A stretch of DNA of 64,000 bases from Phaeosaccion multiseriatum (lineage: Eukaryota > Protista > Ochrophyta, other classes), in assembly GCA_965112735.1 (NCBI GenBank), contig OZ218954.1, forward strand, positions 4,030,001 through 4,094,000. The letters are read 5' to 3'. Position 1 is the first letter of the stretch. Each line of letters starts with the position of its first letter. This document shows positions 37,302 through 49,222 of this stretch, piece by piece. Made by a program: the position numbers and the translations under genes. The notes under the pieces were generated by a model. It saw only the letters and a program-made list of their open reading frames with translations. It searched no databases and was not told where the DNA came from.

Positions 37302-38489
37302 GCGCATCGTCTTTGGCTAGCGCTGAACTGCTCCCAAAGCGTGTCTAAGATCAAATCAATCGTGAGAGAGATGGTCGGAAAGTTCGGCGCTGAGTCTCTT
37401 GAGCAGGCCATCGACGGGAAGCAGGGAGGCGTCACCCCTCTGGTCATGGCTGCTTCGCAAGGGCGCCGCGACGTGGTGGACATGCTGCTGGAGCAAGGCG
37501 CCAAATGCAGCACGAGGGGAGGCGGGCCCGCCGCGAAGCGGAATACGCCTCTAACAATGGCTGTAAGGGCGCGCAGGGGCAGTGTGTCTGTGATGAAGGC
37601 ACTGTTGGAGGCCGGAGCGTCACCCGATGAAGCGGATGAAAGGGGAGTGACGTGTCTACTCATCGCGTCTGGCTATGGTTTATTCCCGGCCATGGACTTG
37701 CTCTTGTCATTCCACGCCAACGTCGACAGAGCGGATTTGGCGGGACACACCCCGCTCATGGCGGCGATCGATTACGAGCAAACCAAGGCGGCGAACAAGC
37801 TGTTATCGGCAGGGGCGGCTGTAGACCTCGCGAACATCGACGGTCAAACTGCCCTCCATATGGCCTCCGGAGTAGGGCTCCATGGGGTGGTGGACAAACT
37901 CATTCTAGCAAAGTCGAGCATCGACATTGCTGACAAGGATGGGGAAACGGCTCTGCATATTGCCTCGATGGGAGGGCACGCCCGTGTTGTCAAGAGCCTT
38001 GTCAGCGCCGGTGCGAAGCTCGATTGCAAGAACAGCAAGGGGGCGATTCCCCTCTACCTTGCTGCTCAAGCCGGGCACAAGGCCATCGTCAAACTCTTTC
38101 TTGACGCGGGCCCGCACCTGATTGATACCCCCAAGTACGACGGCTTGACTCCCCTGATTGGCGCCCTTTGGTACAACCAGCAGGGCACGGCGGTGCAGCT
38201 GCTCGCTGCCGGAGCTTCGTTGGACCATATTTGTGTCGGGCTCGCCTTGCAGTTGAGCCCCAAAGCAACAGAGCTCCAGCAAAACCTCCGGGCGGCGAGG
38301 AAGGCACTCTTTGCGCAGCAGAGTGTGTTGGATATGATGCGCTCCTGCGATCCGTCCTTTGGCGACAAGAGGGAGAGAGGGGTGGGGGTGCCGCTTCGGA
38401 AGAGGAAGGCCAAGAGGGGAGCAGGTGTGGTCCTGTCCGCCGAGTCGCTACTCACCATGGCGTCTGAAATGGGGCATGAGAGGGACTGA
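37302..38489 (+). CDS. Ankyrin-repeat protein (unrelated to the ANK-BTB family), ~8 repeats; upstream exon likely
   Basis: TPLVMAASQG, TPLMAAI, TALHMASGVG, TALHIASMGGH, PLYLAAQAGH. In-frame CAG acceptor at 37299-37301; first ATG at 37371. Confidence 0.8.
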   Translation, partial: AHRLWLALNCSQSVSKIKSIVREMVGKFGAESLEQAIDGKQGGVTPLVMAASQGRRDVVDMLLEQGAKCSTRGGGPAAKRNTPLTMAVRARRGSVSVMKALLEAGASPDEADERGVTCLLIASGYGLFPAMDLLLSFHANVDRADLAGHTPLMAAIDYEQTKAANKLLSAGAAVDLANIDGQTALHMASGVGLHGVVDKLILAKSSIDIADKDGETALHIASMGGHARVVKSLVSAGAKLDCKNSKGAIPLYLAAQAGHKAIVKLFLDAGPHLIDTPKYDGLTPLIGALWYNQQGTAVQLLAAGASLDHICVGLALQLSPKATELQQNLRAARKALFAQQSVLDMMRSCDPSFGDKRERGVGVPLRKRKAKRGAGVVLSAESLLTMASEMGHERD

Positions 38490-39371
38490 AAGGGGCTGCG
38501 GTTGGTTGGTGGGTTGGTTGGTGGATGGCGTGCGGGCGGTTCTTGGGCTACTATCAAGACTTTTGCTCCTCGTTGTGAGAGGTGAAGGAGCGAAGAGGGG
38601 ATTGTGTCGTGAGGAGGTCCCCCTCGCCCCCCCCCCCCCTTTTCCACTTTCCAGAGGTGCGTGTGACTTTCTGCTCAGCGTCCAGAGTAGCCATAGGCAA
38701 GGGAGGCACAATAAAGCCATCAGAACCTCAAACAACCTGTATCCTTCAGAGTTAGCGGCGCCCACTATCCCAGGTATTACTCTTATGAAAATGAAGAAGT
38801 GGTCCCGAGATTGCTGACTTGATGAACACACCCCGCCCTTCCCCTCCCTCCACCCCCCTTGTTTGTCTCAAGGAGATTAGAGGTACTGGTAAGCCATGAG
38901 CTTTATTTTAGCACTCGATTTTCGTAAGAATCGCCCGTTTTGAGATCGGGCGGCAAGGGGGAGTGCTCTTGCAGAAATACTGACAAGTAGGGAAGGGCAA
39001 AAGCGATAAAAGCCGAAAGGCTATGGATCGATAGGCATCTCAAAGAGCTACACGAAGAGCTATAGCGCTTCTCCCAGCGTCATTTTGCTACATTTGTCCA
39101 AAAGTTTATTGGGGGTGATTTGGGCAAATCGAGTGTTAACAAACCGGAGATATCCCCGACTATGGAACCTCTCCGGCTTGTTGAGCACGCTCATGAGCCC
39201 CACGGCACGATAGAGCTCATGGCCTTCCTTCTAATCTTCTTGAGACAAAGGAGGGGGGTGGAGGGAGGGGAAGGGCGGGGCGTGTTCATCAAGTCAGCAA
39301 TCTGAGAAGTGCCCTCGTCAGCAAGCTTGGGCTGCTCTCTCCGTATTCAAGGCATTCGTGGCGAGGAGTTA

Positions 39372-39644
39372 CGCAGGAGGATGCTGAGGGCCCAATGCTT
39401 GAAGGGCAATGCTTGAAGGGAAGGGCTAAACGTCGTGAAGGTAACGTGACTTCACAACCAGTGTCACGTATAGGCGACAAGGGCAATGCTTGAAGGGAAG
39501 GGCTAAACGCCGTGAAGGTCACGTGCCCTCACCACCAGTGTCACGTATAGGCGACTCGGAGAACCCCGTGACACTGGTTGTGAAGTCACGTTACCTTCAC
39601 GACGTTTAGCCCTTCAAGCATTGGGCCCTCAGCATCCTCCTGCG
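39372..39644. mobile_element. TA-flanked MITE-like element with ~80-bp inverted arms and an internal ~78-bp tandem duplication
   Basis: TA|cgcaggaggatgctgagggcccaatgcttgaaggg...ccagtgtcacg pairs with cgtgacactggttgtg...cagcatcctcctgcg|TA; direct copy at about 39479-39555. Confidence 0.75.
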
Positions 39645-39910
39645 TAGCCTCTACAGTCACCTAGCTCCACTCCTCGTCCGGGAAGACGTTCGAAGAAAAG
39701 GTGGACGGCTGGCTGTGGCGCGTGCAGCCGGAGCCGAGGCTATGACCAGAGTCCTCTCCAGCCCCCGCCCCCCTCGTTGGCGTCACAGTTGGAGTTTCTG
39801 GACCCACACACACACCTCCCCGCCGCCTTGTGCCGCCACCCTGCCCTGCCCTGCCCGGCTCTGTCCAAAGCCCTCAAGCCTTTCCTGCTGACCCGTCAGT
39901 CCCTGCCGCA

Positions 39911-40831
39911 TCACACTTTTCTGAAGTCATACACACAGTCCCTCAGTCCGCCGCTCATGCCCCGCAGGCTGCTCACTCCCTTCTCCAACAGCGTCGCCAG
40001 CGCCATGAGCCCGATGCCCCCCAGGGGAAGCCACATAAAGGAGGGGCTCGATACGTGCTCTTTGAGGAAGATCGAAGTCCAAAAGACCCCTTGCAACAGG
40101 GCGAGGCCGTACCCTACTGCCCTGTCTCTCCTCTCGTGTGAGATCTGCTGTCGCCGTTCCTCCTCCTCCTCCTGCTGCTGGTGCTGCTGCTGCTGCTCCT
40201 GTTGCTGTTGTTGCTGCTGCTGATCCCCCCCACCCCTCCCGTTCAATATGCCCTCCCTCAGTAGGACCGTTCCGATCACTGCTCCGATTTGCAGCGCGCC
40301 CATGTTTCCGGACGATGGCGAGCCCGAGACGATACGCCGGGATAGGCACAGGAGGAAGGAGAGCGACAAGTAGGAAAGGAGGAAGGCGAACGCGGGAGCT
40401 GTGCCGTGTAGAACGACGCGGTGCTCAAGGGACAGCGGTTTGGTGAAGTGCAGCACGATGATGTAGAGGAGGCAGCACCCGATGATAAGGCACAAGAGCG
40501 CGTAGACCTGTTTGATCTTGAGGATGTTGCCCTCCGCTTCTTTCTCCAGTTTGGCAATCAGAGCCTCTTGCTCTGAAACAGGTTGGCGAGAGTGGAGGGG
40601 GGGAGGGGGGGTGATGTGCAGGAGGGCAAGAGGGCGAAGGAATGAAGTAAGTGAGAGTTCAGCCGGCCAAAGAAGAGAGCGGACTGGTAAACGCCGCATC
40701 AGACAGACGAGTCCCAAGGTGGCCAAGGAAGAGAGCGGACTGTAAAAAGTACCTTGCGAGTCCATGGGCTGTACCTCCTCTTGCCCTCCCTCCCCACGGC
40801 CAACCTCTTCCTCCTGTCGTCTTCTCCTCAT
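39911..40831 (-). CDS. Small multi-pass membrane protein; 2 exons (40831-40753, 40572-39911)
   Basis: In-frame GT-AG join MDSQ|EQEALIAKLEKE; several hydrophobic segments; C-terminus YDFRKV. Divergent from ettA across ~150 bp. Confidence 0.7.
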   Translation of the reverse strand: MRRRRQEEEVGRGEGGQEEVQPMDSQGTFYSPLSSLATLGLVCLMRRLPVRSLLWPAELSLTSFLRPLALLHITPPPPLHSRQPVSEQEALIAKLEKEAEGNILKIKQVYALLCLIIGCCLLYIIVLHFTKPLSLEHRVVLHGTAPAFAFLLSYLSLSFLLCLSRRIVSGSPSSGNMGALQIGAVIGTVLLREGILNGRGGGDQQQQQQQQEQQQQHQQQEEEEERRQQISHERRDRAVGYGLALLQGVFWTSIFLKEHVSSPSFMWLPLGGIGLMALATLLEKGVSSLRGMSGGLRDCVYDFRKV

Positions 40832-40984
40832 CTCATCACGAGGTGTGATTGTCAACAGAAGTGAGTGTGTTGGCTCTCCAACGCCATCTGTCAGCCGCTC
40901 CAGGTCGCACATTTTCTCGGGCTCGCTCCTCGTTGATCATTCAAAGAAGGGGAAGGGCGAGTTGACAGAGGAGAACGCGAAGAG

Positions 40985-42847
40985 ATGCTGCGACAGCAGA
41001 CTATCGCATTGGTGGGATGCTACTGTTTGGGCTCCACCGCGGCCTTCTCCTTCCTCAGTGCGCCAATGCTCACAGGAGGCAGCGGCAGAAGCAGCGTTGC
41101 CTCTGCTGGGGCAGGACGGTCCTGCAGCAGCAACAGCATCTTTGACGCCTCTGCTTCTCCCAGCTGCGAAAGTAGAGGCGGGAGGCGGGGCGAGGCGCTT
41201 ATGTACAGTGCCTTTGCCAAGAAGGGGGGCAAGAAGGGCAAGAAGGGCAAGGGAGGCGCAGGGAGGGGAGGAGGTGCGTGGTAGTTTGACTTGCTCCCCA
41301 CGATCTGGAGTCGGAGACTCAAAATCGCGGAGGCCTTGCTCTGTACATGGCTGTGGTACTGCCGCACGGATAGGTGCAGCTGTTGAGCATCACTGTCATG
41401 GTTTTGAGTCCGGTCTCAGATCACCTCTGCACCTTTTGGGAACAAGTGTATACTCTGAATCCTCAACTGCGGCGACGCGACTCCTCAACGTGCTTCCCTG
41501 TTGCAACTTGCACCTTGCATCTCATCACAGGAGGCAAGGGCAAGTCCACTCCGAAGCCGAAGCCCTCGGCAACAGTGGACACGTCTCGCAAGGATTTCAT
41601 TTATCAAATGAATGGGCTCACCAAGGCACGTACCAACCATACCCAATGAGTGGCAAGCACCCAAGGAGTGAATGAGTGGACTCAGATTTGCCAAAGGATT
41701 GAATGAGTGGGCTCAAGGCAGAACAAAATGAGTGAATGGGTGGGCTCATCACGGCAAGTGCCGAATGAGTGGACTCCCACAAAGACAAGCAGCAGAGCCA
41801 GCCATCCTCGCCGGGGAGGAGCGCCGTTGAGCGCGCTCGAGGGTGTTGGCGAGGGAGCAGTGAGTCGAAGGGACAAAGAGAGAGAGAGCCGAGCTTCTTT
41901 ATCTGTACCCGATCCCACCCAACCCTCGCTGCCCAGCTGCTGCCGACTAGCCTGCGTCTGCTCCTGTCCCCATGCCTCTAACCAACCCCCTCCCTCTCCC
42001 TCCCCCCCCCCCCTCCCCCTCTCTCCCTCACCCTCCCCTCCTCCTCTCTGCCCCTGCACACTCAGACCTACGGTGGCCCCAAGGACGGCGGTAAGGGGGC
42101 AGTGCTCGAGAACATCAACTTGTCATTCTACCCCGGAGCAAAGATCGGAGTTTTGGGTAACAACGGGTCCGGTGAGTTTCGGTTTCACTTCCAATTCAGT
42201 CTGTCCTTGTTCGAACCCTAGCATTGTCCTGTCTGTCAGATTGGATTGGCTCTCCCTCCGGGACTGCGAAAGTGTACTCCACGCTGCGCAGCGCAAGTCC
42301 ACGCACTGCATCATTTGACACACCTTCGCGACGTGTCCCATCCCCTCCGTCCCGACCGAACGACAGAGATACCCACTCCTCCCTCCTCTTTCCCTCCCTC
42401 CCTCCCTCCCTCCCTCCCTCCCTTGCCCCCCCAGGCAAGAGTACCCTGATGAAGATCATGGCTGGCTTGGATGAGGAGTTCAACGGGGAGTCCCGCATGT
42501 CCGACTGGGCCCAGGTCCGCCACACGCACGCATCCACACACCCAACACTGTGCCCGCTCACCTACCGACTCACACACTTCATTCAATTCATGAAGTGTTT
42601 TGTGGAATGTTAAATATCTACTCGAACTAAAATGTCGACATCGACTCTCACTCCTGGCTTGCTGTAGGTGGGATATCTGTCACAGGAGCCGTCTTTGGAT
42701 GACGGAGAGTCGGTGGGAGAGAACATCCAGGTGAGTGCGCGGATGTGTTCCCACTCGTGCCTCTGACCCCCTGACTTTGGCTCTGCATATTATGCCTCAC
42801 CCCTGAACCCGAACCCTCCTCCTCACCCTTACCTTTACCCTCAACCT

Positions 42848-42882
<35 letters not shown>

Positions 42883-42895
42883 TCAGCTTCGTCCT

Positions 42896-42964
<69 letters not shown>

Positions 42965-43045
42965 CCTTACCCTCACCCTCACCCTCACTCTCACCCTCAC
43001 CCTCACTCTCAGCTTCGTCCTCACCCTCACCCTCACCCTCACTCT

Positions 43046-43104
<59 letters not shown>

Positions 43105-46100
43105 TCACCCTGACCCGCACCCTCATCCTGACCCGTTGTACTACACTACAACCTTTGCAGGCATCTGTGAAGAAGACAAGGGACCTCCTTGACGCGTACG
43201 CAGATGTGTCTGCAGCCATGACTGAGGAAGGTGAGCGAGTTGGTAATACAGAGGGAGGGAGGGAAGGAGGGAGGGGGGAGAGTGGGAGAGGGAGCGACGG
43301 AAGGGGGGGAAGAGATAGGGAGGGTTTGGGTGAGTGGGGAAGGTGCGTGAGTGAGCGTGAAACTGACTCTCCCCATCCACTGCCATCCCCCTCCCTCCCC
43401 GATCGTCAGGCGCGGACTTCGAGAAGCTAACGGAGAAGATGGACACTTTACAGAACGAAATCGAGGCAACCAACGGGTGGGAGCTCGACCGGATGCTGGA
43501 CAGGTGAGTGGGTGGGCCTGCTTGGGAGGGGATTGGGAGGGTACCCAACTTCCGAATGTTTACATATTTATATGTATGTACTTCTAGTAGTATATATGTG
43601 TGTGTGTATGAGAGATGGAGAGAGAGAGGAGAGAGCAGGAGAGGGGAGAGTGCCGTCTAACGAACTGCTGTACTACCAACTGCTACACTACAGAGCGATG
43701 GATGCGCTGCGGTGTCCTCCCGTGGACGCGAAGGTTGCCAACCTCTCTGGCGGAGAGAGGCGTCGAGTGGCACTGTGCAAGCTCCTCCTCAGGAAGCCCG
43801 ACCTCTTGCTGCTGGTGAGTGCGTGAGTGAGTTGGTGCGTGAGAGCGAGAATGCGAGAGTACGTTTGTGTGTGTGTGTGTGTGTGCGTGAGTCAGGACAA
43901 GACTTTAGAGTGTGTGGGTTCGTGCGTCATCATCCGCTCACTTCGCCCCCCTCTGTCTCTGTCTCTCCTCTAGGCGGACAATACACCCGCTCTTTCCTCT
44001 CTTTGCTCTCTGCTGCTCGAAATAACTCAACCTCACTCGATTTCAATGGTTCGATTGCTAACTCGGGAATTGAAATGTTTGTTTGGTGTCAGGACGAGCC
44101 CACCAACCATCTCGACGCGGAGTCCGTGGCGTGGCTCGAGGACTTCCTCAAGTCCTTCAAGGGCACAGTCGTTGCCATCACTCACGACCGGTACGTAAGG
44201 GTCTGCGTAGGGTCTACATAATATGGCGTACGAAAGGCGATGGGTGACGCGTGTGTTGTCTGTGGGGAGGAGGAGGAGGGTGGCAGCGGAGGAGGAGGAG
44301 AGGAGGAGGGGAGGAGAAGAAAGAGGAGGAGGAGAAGGAGGAGGAGGAGGAGGAGGAGAGCAGACGACACACGCTCCGACACACGCTCCGACACACCTCG
44401 TCCTGTCTAAGCGTCCGTCCGCTCGCTTCTTGTCTCCTCCCCCCCCCTTCGCATACGCCTCCAGTTACTTCCTCGACAACGTGGCGGGTTGGATTCTGGA
44501 GCTGGACAACCGCAAGGGGTATCCCTTTGAGGTGAGAACGACCCGACATCCCGACATCCCGATCCCCCGACGTGCTGAGGTGGTGGTGGTGGTGGTGGTG
44601 GTTGGTGGCGTTTGCCCTTTCTCGCCGTTGAAACGCTTGTCTCCCTCCCTCCCCCCCCATCCACTGCCATCTGTCCCCATGGCAGGGTAACTACAGCGGG
44701 TGGCTGCAGAAGAAGGCCGAGCGCATGAAGGCCGAAGAGAGGTATATCGGCAGAAGCAGACGAATGCAGAGGCGTATGGGCAGGGTAGGGGCAGGCAGAG
44801 GCGTTGGGCAGGGGCAGGCAGAGGCATATTGGCAGAGGCGCCGAAGTAGAGGCATATAGGCGTCCCCTCCCTGATCATCAAGCATGCATGCACACCGGGG
44901 GTGCCCTTTGTATACCCCGGAGCCTGCCCGTGCTCCTCTGCTCTGCCCTGCGCGAACCGTCTGGACTTGCTCGTCCCTCCTCCCCTCCCACCCTCTCGCC
45001 TACACAACCCTCCTCCCCTCTAATTTGCGCCCCCCCCCACCCTCTGTCTTTCCGTCTCTCTCTCTCTATTCTCTCTTTCTTCTCCCTCTCCCTCTCCCTC
45101 TCTCCTCTGTCTCTCCACCTATCTCTCTCTCTCTCTCTCTCTCTCTCCATCCCTCTCTCCCTCTTTCTTGACCGCCCCCCCCCCCCTTCCCCCTTTTCCT
45201 CAGGACCAACTCGAAGCGAGCGCGCAACCTCGCTCAAGAACTTGAGTGGGTCAACTCAGACCCCAAGGCCAGGCAGGCCAAGTCCAAGGCACGAATGTCG
45301 GTAAGTCAATGAGTGGACGAGGAGCACGGATGGCAGGTGGCAGTGGATGCGAGGAGGAGGCAGCAGTAGCAGCAGCAGTTGGTGATGCAGCAGCAGTAGC
45401 GGGGCTAGGCGCAGAGGGGCTGAGGGCCTGCCTCTTTATTACCTTCTGGAGCCCTGGATCACTCGCACTGCGACTGACGACTGAGGCACACAGTAAAGAG
45501 AACACCCGTATTTCCCGACTGACAAGCAAAGCGCACACTCACACTCACCCACACGCACCCACATACGGGCCCACACACGCGCCCACATACGCACCCACAC
45601 AGGCATACGACGAGCTGCTGGCGGAGGCAGAGGAGGCGGACAAGAGGGTCACGCTCGACAACATCTACATCCCGCCGGGGCCCGCCCTAGGCAAGACAGT
45701 GGTCAAGGCTGAGGTGAGGGAGGGAGAGGAAAAGGAAGAGGGAGGGAGAGGGAGGGAGGGAGGATGAGGGAGAGGGAGAGGGAGGGAGAGGAAGAGGGAG
45801 GGAGAGGGAGAGGAGGAGGGAGAGAGAGAGGGTTTGGGTTTGAGTCTGATTCTTTCTTTTAATTTTGGAAGACCTTGTGCCACTACCAATCCACCTTACC
45901 TCCCTTCCTCACTTACCCCCCCCCCCCCCCATCCACTACCGTCCCCAGGGCGTGGCGAAGTACTTCGGTGACCGCATGCTTTACGATGGAGTCAACTTCG
46001 ACATCCCCAGGGGGGCAGGTGTGTGTGTGTTGTGGTGGGGGTAGGATCAAGAGGTCAACCAACCGAAACTGAAACTGTGACTGAAACTTATACTTTCACC

Positions 46101-47901
46101 CTCCCTCCGTCCCTCCGTCCCTACCTCCCTCCCGCTGCTGCCATCCTTCCCCTTGGAGCAGTGGTGGGCGTGATCGGCCCCAACGGAGTGGGGAAGTCCA
46201 CTCTGCTGAAGATGATCGAGGGGACTTTGGAGCCCGACCAGGGGACCATGTCCGTCGGCAGCACCGTCGAGGTGGGTGCGGTTGGGTCCGACAGGTGCCC
46301 CCAAGTTTGGTTGCTCACACGCGGCTCCTCATCTCTCCTCTCCCCTTCGAGGCTGCTGTAACTGCAGTTGTCTTACCCCTCGCCCCCATCCACTGCCATC
46401 CTACGCCTGTGCTCACACGCCGCTGCTCCTGCCCCAATCCGCTGCCATCCTCCGTGCCCATCCACTGCCATCCACAGACCCTGTTTGTGGACCAAAATAG
46501 AGAGGGCCTTGATGATCCCAGCCTGACGGTGTACGACGCGGTGGCCGAGGGCATGGAGGAGCTCAACCTCGGCAGCAGGACCATAAACACCAAGCAGTAC
46601 CTCTCCTGGTTCAACTTCAGGTGGGTGGTGTGGCAGTGGATGGGATGGAGCGGATGGAGGAAGATGATGGCAGTGGATGGAGGTGGAGGATGGCATTGGA
46701 CCATGAAGTGTGAGCGTGTGACTGTACACGTGTACACATCCGTGTATGTGCATTACACACCCCCCTCTTGCCACACTTGTCACTTGTTCACTCATCCTTG
46801 CTCACCCTCGTTTCCCCTTTCGTTCCCTCCCTCCCTCCCTCCCCCAGGGGTGGAGATCACCAGAAACTCGTCAGCATGCTGTCGGGCGGGGAGCGAAACC
46901 GCCTTAACCTTGCCCGGACGCTGAAGAAGCCCGGCAACTTACTCATGCTCGATGAGCCCACGAACGACTTGGGTACGTGTGTGTGCGTGTGTGTGTGTGT
47001 GTGGGGGGGGTGATTGTGTGCGGGTTTGTGATGTGTGTGTTTTATGCTCGATGAGCCTACCACCGACTTGGGCGTGTGCATCCGTGGGTGTGTGTATGCG
47101 TGTGTGCATGTGAGCGTGTGTGTGTGTGTGGGCACGTGTGCGTGTGTGTGTGTGTGGATGTGTGCGTGCGCGCGTGCTTTGATATCGAGTCCCACCCGTC
47201 CACCGCCACCCTTGATATCTAGTCCCTCCCCATCCACTGCCATCCTTGAGAGTGCGTCTCACCCCCTACTGCCATCCTCCTCCTCTCTTCTCAGACGTGG
47301 ACACCCTGCGTGCTCTGGAGGAGGCCATCAGCGAGTTTGTGGGCAGCGCCATCATCGTGAGCCACGACCGTTACTTCCTAGACCGGGTGGCCACGCACAT
47401 GTGAGTAGAGTTAGCACGGGCATACTACCCCCCCCCCCTCTCTCCTTGCATCCCTCCCTTACCCTCTCCTCCCTTCTCGTGTATTCGTGCACCTCTTAAT
47501 CCCGCCTTTCACCCTGCCCCATTTCCTCTCTCCTCTCCTCTCCTCTCCTCTCCTCTCCTCTCCTCTTCTCTCCCCTCCTCCCCTTTCCTTCCCTCTCCTC
47601 TCCTCTCCTTCTCCTTTCCTCTCCCCTCCCCTCCTCTCCTCTCCTCTCCTCTCCTCTCCTCTCCTCTCCTCTCCCTTCCTCTCCTCTCCTCTCCCCTCCT
47701 CTCCTCTCCTCTCCTCTCCTCCCCTTCTCCTTCCCTCCTCCTCCCCTTCTCCTGCTCCCCTCCAGCCTTGCGTTCGAGGACTCTGGTGAGGTGACTTTCT
47801 ATCAGGGCAACTTCGGTGAATACGAGGCGGATCTGCACAGGCGGATCGGTATCACAGAGCCCAAGAGACCCACCTTCAGGCCCATCCCCTCCGTGCAGTA
47901 G
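40985..47901 (+). CDS. ettA: Energy-dependent translational throttle protein EttA (ABC-F, ChvD/YjjK), plastid-targeted; ~19 exons
   Basis: [153 protein letters not shown]. Leader [21 protein letters not shown]. Confidence 0.94.
42810..43130. repeat. (ACCCTC)n hexamer microsatellite in an ettA intron
   Basis: About 50 units, with a repeated internal variant (actctcagcttcgtcctc) occurring twice. Confidence 0.9.
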
Positions 47902-48211
47902 ATGGGATGGCAGTGGATGGATAGCAGTAGATGGACCATCCCCTCCTCGCAGTAGAGTATCATCTCAGAGCTATGATGGATGGGTGGATGGAGGGATGGA
48001 AGGATGGCAGCAGACGAGGGAGCGGAAGGAGCACACACCCGTCTAAAAATAGAAATAGGTATATAAATAGAACTGAAGAGTGATAAGGACCTTCTCCTCC
48101 AGTGTTGTTAGTGCGTCTCTCGCTCTCGCCCTCGCCATCACTCCTCCAGTCGGACCCAGCACGGGGCAAGAGTGCATGTCAGAGACAGGGTGGCCAACGC
48201 CAGCGTGGGCC

Positions 48212-49150
48212 ATGGCGGACGCGATTGCGCGGCCGGCGAGGAGGGTGGTAATCGTGGGGGCAGGGCTCTCCGGCCTCGTGGCCTGTGAGAGCATCGTGGA
48301 GCAGCCAGTACCAAGCGCTCTTGAAGCAGCAGGGAGGGGGCCCGCAAGCAGGAAGGAAGGACTCTCGCCCTCATCCTCGGAGGCGATGGCACCACTCCGG
48401 CGCCATCTGCGCAAGCCGCGGCCTCCGCCACCGCCACCGCCGGAGTAGGAGGGAAGCCTCCCGGGGTAGGGGGAGGGGCTACGGCCGTTGACCTTGGCGC
48501 GGCGTGGATGTGGCCAGAGAGCAATCCCCGCCTCTACGCCCTCTCCAAGAGACTAGGTAGGGCATGAGCCAGAGCAGGCTCTCTCTTGGTCCCATCGCGG
48601 CAGGGTAGCTCCCAAGGAGTTGATTTACGATTTTTTTTAGTTGTTGTTACTGCTGCTGGGGTATCAGGCTGCGTGCTTTGGGTTTTCCCTGTGTGTCGTG
48701 GTGACCCCCCAATCCGTATGGGCACCCAGGCTTCACACACAAAGCCCCTCTGGTACCATCCATGACCAAAACCGTGCCTCTCATTGTTGCTTGGGACAGG
48801 GGTGGAGAGCTTCTGCGACGAGGGAGACCCCTCGCAGCACAGGTTCACAGATGGCTCACACGCGCTGTCGGTGGAGCTGGCCAGGCGAGTGGGGCAGGCC
48901 GGAGGGGGGGGGGGGACAGGACAGGGGGGCAGAGGCAGGGGCCGGGCGGCGAAGGGGTGGGGGTGAAGCTGGTCTTAGGGGTCAGGATGACAACTGTGGA
49001 GCTTGTCCCCGAGGGAAGCAGTGGCAGTGGCAGCGTCCTCGTTTCTTACACGGAGGAGGAGGGGAAAAGAACGGAGCGCAGCAGCAGCAGTAAGACGCAA
49101 AGGTCAACGAGAGCCGATGTGGTGGTGTTTTGCACACCACTAAAGAAATG
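48212..49150 (+). pseudogene. Flavin-dependent amine oxidase-like gene, apparently frameshifted and 3'-truncated
   Basis: RVVIVGAGLSGL (Rossmann motif) in one frame; VDLGAAWMWPE.NPRL (48487) in another; later HRFTDGSHALSVELAR and ADVVVFCTP. No C-terminal half is seen before the next gene. Confidence 0.6.
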
Positions 49151-49222
49151 TGAAAGACGTGTGTGTTTTCCAATAGATCATTCCATTCTTAAAGAGCTTT
49201 GTTAACCTCTAGAATTTCCCTT

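Noticed and set aside
42797-43219. ORF of (RV)n, and resemblance of (TGAGGG)n to telomere repeats
   Set aside because: The ORF is the translation of an intronic microsatellite. The repeat is internal and not a canonical TTAGGG/TTTAGGG array.
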